From an uncultured Chthonomonadaceae bacterium (GTDB lineage: Bacteria; Armatimonadota; Chthonomonadetes; Chthonomonadales; Chthonomonadaceae): a stretch of 64,000 bases of DNA. The notes under the pieces were generated by a model, which ran no database searches, had not been told where the DNA came from, and saw only the letters and a list, made by a program, of their open reading frames with translations. Position 1 is the stretch's first letter; each line of letters opens with the position of its first letter. A program made the position numbers and the translations under genes. Below, in pieces: positions 56,666 to 64,000 of the stretch. The stretch is from assembly GCA_963817895.1 (NCBI GenBank), contig CAWFQB010000014.1:1-64000 (forward strand), in the 5' to 3' direction.

Positions 56666-57610
56666 GTGGATTCGAACCAATTGGCGCAGAAAGCGCAGCG
56701 TGTTGTTGAGGCCGTAGAAACGGCTATTGTGGGCAAGAAAGAGGTTGTGGAGTTAGCCCTCGCGGTGCTGCTGTCCAACGGGCATTTGCTAATCGAAGAT
56801 ATACCGGGCGTGGGCAAGACCACGCTGGCGAAAGCCTTTGCCCACGCGCTCGGCCTGACCTTCAAACGGATACAGTTTACGCCGGATTTGCTGCCTTCGG
56901 ATATTACCGGGTCGTCCATTTACAACCAGAAAACCGGAGATTTCGAGATGCGCGGCGGACCTGTTTTCGCCAACATCGTGCTTGCGGACGAAATCAACCG
57001 CACGACGCCGAAAACGCAGGCGGCTTTGCTGGAGTGTATGGAAGAGCGTCAGGTGACGATTGATGGCGTGCCGCACGGCCTGCCTTCGCCTTTTTTCGTG
57101 ATTGCCACGCAAAACAACATCGAAATGTCCGGCACGTATCCCCTGCCTGAAGCGCAATTGGATCGGTTTACGGCTCGGCTTGCGATGGGCTACCCGGATC
57201 GGGAAGCGGAGATGCGGATTTTAGGCGGGCAGTACAAAGCCCTGCCTGTCGAGACGATCAAGCCCGTTATGGACGCGGCGGAAATTCTGGAAATGCAAAG
57301 CGCGATACGCGATGTGCATGTGGATACCACGCTACACGGGTACATTCTGGATATTGTAGGGGAGACGCGGAGGCTGCCCGCTGTGGCGCTGGGGGCCAGC
57401 CCGCGCGGCAGTCTGGGACTGCTTCACGCGGCGCAGGCCCGCGCCGCGCTGATGGGACGCGACTTTGTGAAGCCGGACGACATCAAGGTTTTGGCTCCCG
57501 CCGTCCTCGCGCACCGTATCATCGTGCGGCCTGAGCAGCGTATTCGCGGGGTCACGGCGTTTACCTGCATTGAAGAGACGCTTGGACGCATATCAGTGCC
57601 GGTTGCTTGA
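56666..57610 (+). CDS. MoxR-family AAA+ ATPase
   Basis: EDIPGVGKT, RIQFTPDLLPSD, DEINRTTPKTQ, PEAQLDRF. Confidence 0.95.
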   Translation: MDSNQLAQKAQRVVEAVETAIVGKKEVVELALAVLLSNGHLLIEDIPGVGKTTLAKAFAHALGLTFKRIQFTPDLLPSDITGSSIYNQKTGDFEMRGGPVFANIVLADEINRTTPKTQAALLECMEERQVTIDGVPHGLPSPFFVIATQNNIEMSGTYPLPEAQLDRFTARLAMGYPDREAEMRILGGQYKALPVETIKPVMDAAEILEMQSAIRDVHVDTTLHGYILDIVGETRRLPAVALGASPRGSLGLLHAAQARAALMGRDFVKPDDIKVLAPAVLAHRIIVRPEQRIRGVTAFTCIEETLGRISVPVA

Positions 57611-57613
57611 CAA

Positions 57614-57665
57614 GCCCTCAACCCCCGGCCCCTTCTCCCAAAAAAGCCTGGGAGAAGGGGAGGCT
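57614..57665 (+). repeat. REP-like palindrome, subfamily B
   Basis: Matches 28439-28490. Confidence 0.85.
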
Positions 57666-57750
57666 GTTAATTATAGCCTTACAGAATGTGGCGTGTTTCT
57701 TATCTGGTAAGCAGCGTGGAGTAGGCTGATTTGATGGGGAGGGGAGACGT

Positions 57751-59007
57751 ATGCAGTTCATGAAGTGGGTGACGCTGCTGTTTAGCGCGTTGTGTCTGGT
57801 GGCGGTTGCCGGGATACTGCACGCTTCTCACCTGTATTATATGGCGGCGATCCTGCTGACTTTACCAGGCGTCAGTTATTTGCTGGGATGGTTCGCGCTG
57901 AGGGGGCTGGAGTTCGAGCGGGAAATGCCGCAGATGGCGTGGGAGGGGGAAGAGGGCAGAATCAACTATATTGCCCGCAACCCGTCGCGTATCGCGCGGT
58001 TTTTTCTTTCGGTACAGGAAACATTGCCCGCGTGGGTGGAACTGGTGGAGGAAGACGCGGCCTTATTTAATGTGGCTGCCGAAGATGCGGCGGCGATTTC
58101 GCAGAGTGTCCGCTTTTTGCGCCGGGGCGTGTTTGCCGCCGATGGGTTCGATGTGACCGCTATGGACCCGCTGGGGGTGTTCGCGTTTACGCGCCATATT
58201 CCGAGTGAGGGCGAGTTGGTGGTGTATCCGATGCCGCAGGCGCTACGCTCCACAGCGCTGACTGGAACGGAACGGTATGGATGGCAGGAATTTACATCGC
58301 GCCTGATGCGGGGCAGCAGCGTGGACCCGGACGGCGTTCGCCCCTACGTGCCGGGAGATTCGATGCGCCGTATTCACTGGCGGCAGACGGCGCGCACGGG
58401 TAAATTGAACGTAATCGAATTTGAGGAGGCGCTGGCGAGTAATCTGGTGATCGCGCTGGATGTAGAAGGGGCAAACGACACGGATGCGGATGAGGATGTT
58501 GATTCCCCGTTCGAGTATGCGGTAAGGATGGTTGCGTCGCTGGCGCAGGAGGCCGCCAATCAGGGCGCAAGCGTCAGGCTGATGCTGCCCGCGCAGGCGA
58601 CTGCGGAGAAACCGCTTCTCAATGCCGCTGCAAGCGAGGGGAGGGGACAATCTCATTTGCTGGTGATTCTGGACGCGCTGGCGCGGGTGGAGGCGAATGT
58701 CAGCGCTCCCCTGCGCCAATGGCTGATGGAACAGGCCGTTAGCGTGAAGCCGGGAACCACGCTGGTTGTGGTAACAGCCAACCCGGATGCCGGATTGCCG
58801 GATGCGTTCGCTCCCTATCTTGGAATGGGCGTACAGGTGGGCGTTGTGCTGATAGACGCGAGTACGTTCCCCTCTGCCCGCAGCAAGCGTCAGACAGAAG
58901 CCGCGCAGACGTTTCTCGCTACTGTTTCCATGCTGCGCCTGCCGACGTATGTTGTTCGGTATCAGGAAAATGGCCTGCTGAACCCGGAGGAGTACGTTTA
59001 TGGATGA
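57751..59007 (+). CDS. DUF58 (VWA-like) protein
   Basis: RRG, DPLG, VYP, VRPYVPGDSMRRIHWRQTAR. Confidence 0.9.
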   Translation: MQFMKWVTLLFSALCLVAVAGILHASHLYYMAAILLTLPGVSYLLGWFALRGLEFEREMPQMAWEGEEGRINYIARNPSRIARFFLSVQETLPAWVELVEEDAALFNVAAEDAAAISQSVRFLRRGVFAADGFDVTAMDPLGVFAFTRHIPSEGELVVYPMPQALRSTALTGTERYGWQEFTSRLMRGSSVDPDGVRPYVPGDSMRRIHWRQTARTGKLNVIEFEEALASNLVIALDVEGANDTDADEDVDSPFEYAVRMVASLAQEAANQGASVRLMLPAQATAEKPLLNAAASEGRGQSHLLVILDALARVEANVSAPLRQWLMEQAVSVKPGTTLVVVTANPDAGLPDAFAPYLGMGVQVGVVLIDASTFPSARSKRQTEAAQTFLATVSMLRLPTYVVRYQENGLLNPEEYVYG

Positions 59008-61237
59008 TCGCTTTGGGTTTTTCGGACAAAGCGCAGTCGCTCAGGAAGCAGTTGACCCAACGGCTGTAAGCCTGTGGCTGTACCTTGCCGGATTGTGCGT
59101 GACGCTTTCGGGGCTTTACGCGGTCAATTTTTATCTTGGGGATTCAAACTTCGCTAATCTATCGTATGGACTTGCGATTGCCGGGTACGTGTTCAGTTAT
59201 TTTATTCGTGTACGGCAGGTGGATTTGAACGCGATAAAGATGCCGTTGATGATCAGCGCGGCGTTGCTGGCACTGGCGTATGTGAGCGGAGGGGGAGCCG
59301 GATGGCTGATACCGGCAGGCGCGGCGGACAATCGTCCTTTAGAATTGCAGGTCATGTTCGCGTGGGTGGCGATCCTGCACACGTTCGTACTGATGAACGA
59401 TGCCTCCGTCCTGTTCGCCTGTGTGCCGGGAATGACAATGCTGGCTCTGGTCAGCACACAGGCGCCGGATCAAGAGGTGCAGAACGCGTTTTTGGTGTTT
59501 GTGGCTGCGGCCACGTTCCTGATGGTGCATGAGAACTACCTGCGAACCCGCAACGCGAAAACGCTGCGCAAGGGAGGCATTGCCCGGCCTTTGTTCGGGG
59601 GGCAGCTGTTGCTTACCGGCGCGTGTTTGCTGGGGGCGCTGCTGCTGGCGAATGTGGTGGCAGTTCCCATACAAACGGTCGGGCAGTCGCTTTTCGATGC
59701 CAATATGACGCCCATGGGGGATAAAGTAACTATCAAGAAAGAGATAAACGCTTTCAACGTGAGCGTCAATGAACAAACGACGCTGAATCTGGCGATGGGG
59801 CCGGTGTCGGAAAGCGACTCGCCGTTGCTGCGTATTACCGCAGCGCATGGCATGTACTGGCGCGGCACAACATTCAGCGAGTATAACGGGAACAGTTTCA
59901 ACAATCAGCTACAGACGGCAGACGGCAGAACACTGACCGGGGAGAGGCAGGAGAGTGGAAAGGTCACGCAGACGGGCAAATTTTCCGATGCGTTCAGCCC
60001 CGGCGCGTTTACAAACAACTACGCTTACAAACTGCCGCCAAACCAGTACGACCTGCCACCGGCGGATATGAAGAACAGCAAGGAGGAGAGACAAAAAGTA
60101 CAGGTTATCGGGGGAAACTTTAGCAACCTTTACGGCGCGGATACCATTCGGCAGGTTGCGGCTCCGTTCGCGGAGTTACATTATAATGCCGCGGGCGCGT
60201 TGCTTGTCAATGTGCCTGCCTCAACGATATATGAGGTTGTTTCGCAGGTTCCCACGCGGGACGAGAATACATTGCGGCAGGCTTCCTCCTCGCTGCGGGA
60301 TGTGCCGGAAGCCCTGCAACAGGCGTACCTTCAAAAACCTGTTGGGCATGTGGAAGATATGGATCGTCTGAAGCAGCTGGCGCAGACGATCATCAAAGGC
60401 AAAACGAACAATTTCGACCGCGCCGAAGCCCTGCGCAATTATATCGCGTCGGAGTGTAAATACAATCTACAGGTAACGTCCGCGCCTCGTGATCGTGATG
60501 TTGTGGCGTGGTTCCTTTTTGATAAAAAAGAGGGCTATTGCGACAGTTTTGCCGCTGCCATGACGATGCTTTGCCGCTACGCGGATATACCCGCCCGCCT
60601 TGTGTCCGGCTTTCTGCCGGGTGAGGTCGAGACGGAGGGCGTCTATATGGTGCGGGAAAAACACAAGCATCTCTGGACCGAAGTGTTCTTTCCGCATATC
60701 GGCTGGGTTCCCTTTGACGCGACGGATGGAACGATAGATATTTCCGACCACAGCAACGGAACCAAAAAGCCACAGGCGACCTTTGTGAAATGGCTGACCT
60801 CGCATGGCAGCCTGCCGCTTGCCCTGACGGTGATGCTGGTGGCGATGCTTGGGTATGTTGTTAAAACGGAAGTGGTAGATCGGTTGCGGATGCAACGGAG
60901 TAGTCTGGCAGAAGCGCCCACTCGCCCGCTGACCAACTTGCAGGTCATAGAAGCGTATGCGCAAACGGAAGCATTGTTCAAGAAGCGCGGCCTTCCCCGA
61001 TTGTCCTCGCAAACGCCGGATGAGTACGGCGCGCAACTAAGGCGGCGGCTTGCGTCCGCGCTGCCCGCTGTGAGTCAGAGCGTGTACGAATTGACCGCGT
61101 TGTATACGGTGTATCGCTACGGGCGTGATGTTGCCACGCTCGAAGAGGCGGAAACGGCGCGGAAGTTGGCCGCTTCCATTCGCGACAATGTGCAGGCTGT
61201 GAATTCACGGGAGTTCGCGGAGATGATTCGGGAGTGA
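59000..61237 (+). CDS. membrane transglutaminase-like protein (DUF3488/TGase/DUF4129)
   Basis: YWRG, GYCDSFAAAM, HLWTEVFF, GWVPFDAT (Cys-His-Asp triad). Confidence 0.9.
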   Translation: MDDRFGFFGQSAVAQEAVDPTAVSLWLYLAGLCVTLSGLYAVNFYLGDSNFANLSYGLAIAGYVFSYFIRVRQVDLNAIKMPLMISAALLALAYVSGGGAGWLIPAGAADNRPLELQVMFAWVAILHTFVLMNDASVLFACVPGMTMLALVSTQAPDQEVQNAFLVFVAAATFLMVHENYLRTRNAKTLRKGGIARPLFGGQLLLTGACLLGALLLANVVAVPIQTVGQSLFDANMTPMGDKVTIKKEINAFNVSVNEQTTLNLAMGPVSESDSPLLRITAAHGMYWRGTTFSEYNGNSFNNQLQTADGRTLTGERQESGKVTQTGKFSDAFSPGAFTNNYAYKLPPNQYDLPPADMKNSKEERQKVQVIGGNFSNLYGADTIRQVAAPFAELHYNAAGALLVNVPASTIYEVVSQVPTRDENTLRQASSSLRDVPEALQQAYLQKPVGHVEDMDRLKQLAQTIIKGKTNNFDRAEALRNYIASECKYNLQVTSAPRDRDVVAWFLFDKKEGYCDSFAAAMTMLCRYADIPARLVSGFLPGEVETEGVYMVREKHKHLWTEVFFPHIGWVPFDATDGTIDISDHSNGTKKPQATFVKWLTSHGSLPLALTVMLVAMLGYVVKTEVVDRLRMQRSSLAEAPTRPLTNLQVIEAYAQTEALFKKRGLPRLSSQTPDEYGAQLRRRLASALPAVSQSVYELTALYTVYRYGRDVATLEEAETARKLAASIRDNVQAVNSREFAEMIRE

Positions 61238-61264
61238 CGGCAATTTTGCGAATGGGAAGCGGTT

Positions 61265-62401
61265 ATGGAGATTGTTTATAAAAGTGGGTCGCCGGGTCTG
61301 TTATGGAAACCTGCCGTTCAGCGTGTTTATGCTTTTTTTGGGGAGGAAGACCGCTTGAAAGAGGAGGCGGTTGCCGCGCTGACAAAGCATGTCGTAGAAC
61401 CGGACTTCGCGGACTTTGATATGGAAACGCTGGATGCGGGTACGCACACGGCTGATGACATTCTGGCGTCGCTGGCGCAGGCACCTTTTGGCTCGGAACG
61501 GCGGTTTATTGTCGTGAAGGGCATGGAGTTGTGGCGGGAGCGGGGCAAGAACGCGGAGGCGGAGCGGCTTGCGGATGGCCTGAGCAGGCAATCGGACGCG
61601 ACGTGTCTGGTTCTGGTGGTGGCGGCGGAAGAGGAAGAAGAGCGGCGCAAAACGGCTGTCACAACGAAACTGGATAACGCCGTCAAGAAGTTCGGGGCTA
61701 TGGTGGCGTGTCGCGGGCTGAAGGGCGACGCGCTGATCGCGTGGGTCAATGGGCGCGTGAAGCAGGAGGGCAAGCGCATTGACAGCGGGGCGGCAGAGCA
61801 GTTGATTGCAAACGCCGGAACTGAAATGCTGGTGTTGGAACAGGAGATCATCAAGTTGGTCTGCTACAGCGGCGACCGGGAGATGATTACAGGTCGGGAT
61901 GTGGGCATGGTGGTGGCGGCAAGTCCTGAAGACGTGATGTTTACCACTGTGGACGCGATTACGCGGCGCCAAACCGACCGCGCCCTGCTGCTGCTGGCGG
62001 AACTGCATCGTTATGACCCGAAGCCGCAGGCGGTGGCGGGCAAACTGCTGGCGCTGCTGGCGCGGCAGTACCGGATGCTCTGGCAGGCGAAATATCTGAG
62101 TGACAAGCGTATTAATCCGCGTGATGTGCGGAGCCTGCCGCCAGAAATGGCGGCGGAACTGCCGGGTGACAGCAACATCGCGCAACTGGCGTTCAAAGCG
62201 GCGGATTTGTTCGCGTTGTCGAAAAATTATACGTGGGAAGAACTGACCCGGACGCTGGAAAAGCTGCTGCTGTGCGATCTGGCGAACAAGGGCGGCGTGA
62301 CAGATGAGATTGGAACCTTCGGAGCCGACCCGTTGCGCAACTTGCAACTGCTGGTGTTGGAATTGACGGGGGCGGCGCAGGCGAAGGTGAGCGCGCGATG
62401 A
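61265..62401 (+). CDS. holA: DNA polymerase III delta subunit
   Basis: VYAFFGEE, PFGSERR, EIIKL; adjacent to rpsT. Confidence 0.88.
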   Translation: MEIVYKSGSPGLLWKPAVQRVYAFFGEEDRLKEEAVAALTKHVVEPDFADFDMETLDAGTHTADDILASLAQAPFGSERRFIVVKGMELWRERGKNAEAERLADGLSRQSDATCLVLVVAAEEEEERRKTAVTTKLDNAVKKFGAMVACRGLKGDALIAWVNGRVKQEGKRIDSGAAEQLIANAGTEMLVLEQEIIKLVCYSGDREMITGRDVGMVVAASPEDVMFTTVDAITRRQTDRALLLLAELHRYDPKPQAVAGKLLALLARQYRMLWQAKYLSDKRINPRDVRSLPPEMAAELPGDSNIAQLAFKAADLFALSKNYTWEELTRTLEKLLLCDLANKGGVTDEIGTFGADPLRNLQLLVLELTGAAQAKVSAR

Positions 62402-62505
62402 AGAGAGATCAAAGAAGAGTAGCCGCGAATGAACGCGAATGGACGCGAATGTTGTTAAAGATGAGAATTTGATGATAGCAGATGGATTGTTTGAAACGGA
62501 GTATA

Positions 62506-62532
62506 GCCCGTGTCTGCTGTGCAGTACGGGCT
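62506..62532. terminator. hairpin between convergent holA and rpsT
   Basis: AGCCCGT...ACGGGCT stem. Confidence 0.5.
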
Positions 62533-62575
62533 GTTTAAATAATTGAAAGTAGCGCGTTGGAGGCCGGGAGGCGGT

Positions 62576-62857
62576 TCAGGCGACGGCTTGAGCGGCTTTG
62601 TTGGCGCGTTTCATCAGGCGGGACTTGCGCCGGGATGCCTGATTTTTGTGGATGATACCACGCTCGGCGGTCTTGTCAATGGTTTTGCAGGCGAGGCGAA
62701 CGGCCTCCGCGCTTGCGGCAATGTCTACTGCGGCAGAGTCAATCGCAGTACGCGCCTTCTTGACGAATGTTTTCATCGCGGACTTGGCGGCGATGTTGCG
62801 AAGATGGTTTTTACGAGACTTGATGACGTCTTTTTTGACGGATTTGATATTCGGCAC
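62576..62857 (-). CDS. rpsT: 30S ribosomal protein S20
   Basis: MPNIKS, KSAMKTFVKK, GIIHKNQASRRKSRL; SD AAGGAGG; TTGCGC-18-TATACT upstream. Confidence 0.97.
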   Translation of the reverse strand: MPNIKSVKKDVIKSRKNHLRNIAAKSAMKTFVKKARTAIDSAAVDIAASAEAVRLACKTIDKTAERGIIHKNQASRRKSRLMKRANKAAQAVA

Positions 62858-63085
62858 GAACGTACCCTCCTTTTAACGGCTGAGTATACCTCATTTGGGC
62901 GGCGTTGCGCAAGGGGTATTGCCGCTTTGAACGTGGACTATTACGCATAACTTCTGCTCGCGCCATTCGCGCCCGCGTATACCTATATCTTCGCTGCTGC
63001 CTCTCTCGTGGGGAATTGCGTTTTCTCCTGATGGCGTAGAACAGATTTTATTGTACCCGGTGAGATTGGGACGATGTAGCGAGTA

Positions 63086-64000
63086 TCAAGCGGCTTGTAG
63101 CGCGGATAATTCCTCATGGTTTTGCATGTTCAACCGCGAAAAGAAAGCGTCTTCGTCGCGTGTAATTTTCAGTGAATCATCTGACGCAGGCATGGGAAAC
63201 AGGGGCGCGTTGCCAAGAACGTATTCGGCAATGCGATCCAGATTCTTATCCCTGCCCGGCGCGAGTTCGGCCACGCTCTGATAGTTCAAGTCCGCCTGAA
63301 AATAGTTGCCGCTCACCTTCACTTTATTGAATGGGATGCAGATTTCTATGAATAATCTCTGCATGAAGCGGAAGGCAAGGCGTTGTGTTTCCGGTTCAAT
63401 TCCCCCCTGCATCACCCGTTCCATGACCGGGGCTATGTCGCTCATGGCGCGGATTTCATGCGTGAAGCCGCAATCTTTGTAGTATCCCAATCCGGCGTGG
63501 ACGAGCGGCAGGCCGCGACAGGCCATTTCCAGCCCTGCCGTTGAACCGTAACTTAAACCGACGCTTGCCACATCCATCAGGCTGTACGTGCTGACTTTTT
63601 CTTCGGGCATAATCAAGCGGACGTTGGAAGGCAGGCGCGTGGACAGGCCGCGATACCATTCCAGAACCCTGCCGTCGGTTTTGGCGTGGTCCTGTTCGTT
63701 AGGGTGAACCCGGATAACCAGATTGTATTCGGGATGTGAGCCAAACCACTGCGCGGTTTGCTCGATCCACGGCAATTGATCTACCGCGCGGGCGCGGTCT
63801 GCAAGACTGCCCTCGCAATCCGAACTGGTGCAAAGCAGAGCGAGGGAACGATCCGGCAGGCCCAAACCTGCGCAGATTTCCGCTCGTTCCTGTACGCTTT
63901 TTTGCTGTGGGCTGAAGGCCGACCAGTTCATGTTCATGCCCTGTCGCCGCTGCTGTAGCAAGCGGGCAACGCCCTCCAGTTCAGCATGGGTGAGGGGAAT
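63086..64000 (-). CDS. capsule polysaccharide biosynthesis/export-like protein (5' truncated by window)
   Basis: LVIRVHPNE, STYSLM, YGSTAGLEMACRGLP pattern of KpsS/KpsC-like GT-B proteins. Confidence 0.6.
   Translation of the reverse strand: MPLTHAELEGVARLLQQRRQGMNMNWSAFSPQQKSVQERAEICAGLGLPDRSLALLCTSSDCEGSLADRARAVDQLPWIEQTAQWFGSHPEYNLVIRVHPNEQDHAKTDGRVLEWYRGLSTRLPSNVRLIMPEEKVSTYSLMDVASVGLSYGSTAGLEMACRGLPLVHAGLGYYKDCGFTHEIRAMSDIAPVMERVMQGGIEPETQRLAFRFMQRLFIEICIPFNKVKVSGNYFQADLNYQSVAELAPGRDKNLDRIAEYVLGNAPLFPMPASDDSLKITRDEDAFFSRLNMQNHEELSALQAA

Noticed and set aside
24547..57665. CRISPR array or integron attC array from the recurring palindromes
   Set aside because: Copies are dispersed, not regularly spaced; no cas or integrase gene and no RYYYAAC/GTTRRRY ends
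61301..62347. Long antisense ORFs (also 7194-8135, 11646-12641, 34219-35142)
   Set aside because: Shadows of GC-rich coding strands with no recognisable motifs

Overview
Bacterial chromosomal window of about 55-60% GC. The gene content and protein style suggest Armatimonadota, but that is inference only. Many conserved genes (ilvE, clpC, fliA, PBP1A, argS, ABC subunits) carry single-base frameshifts, which looks like unpolished long-read error rather than decay, so several CDS limits below are reconstructed across frames. The left 5.1 kb is a Septu/PtuAB-like ATPase+HNH defence pair broken by three IS insertions: two copies of an IS630-family element and one IS1-family element. The remainder is mostly core genes: ilvE, clpC, a PIN toxin-antitoxin pair, yabN/mazG, prsA-like foldase, flhG-fliA, PBP1A, folE plus a tandem PTPS, an adenosine deaminase/nucleoside ABC operon, two MoxR clusters, cdaA-cdaR, a LysM-SH3-NlpC/P60 hydrolase, argS, holA and rpsT. 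It also holds a cytochrome c/DUF2231 + two Tat Gfo/Idh/MocA + ApbE redox cluster. Non-coding structure found by reading the DNA: a TA-flanked cassette with 91-bp inverted repeats carrying one orphan gene (31948-32695), a 103-bp MITE with an 8-bp target duplication (20707-20809), and a 14-copy strand-biased palindromic repeat family that supplies SD/start signals or in-frame peptide to several genes. No tRNA, rRNA or CRISPR array was seen.
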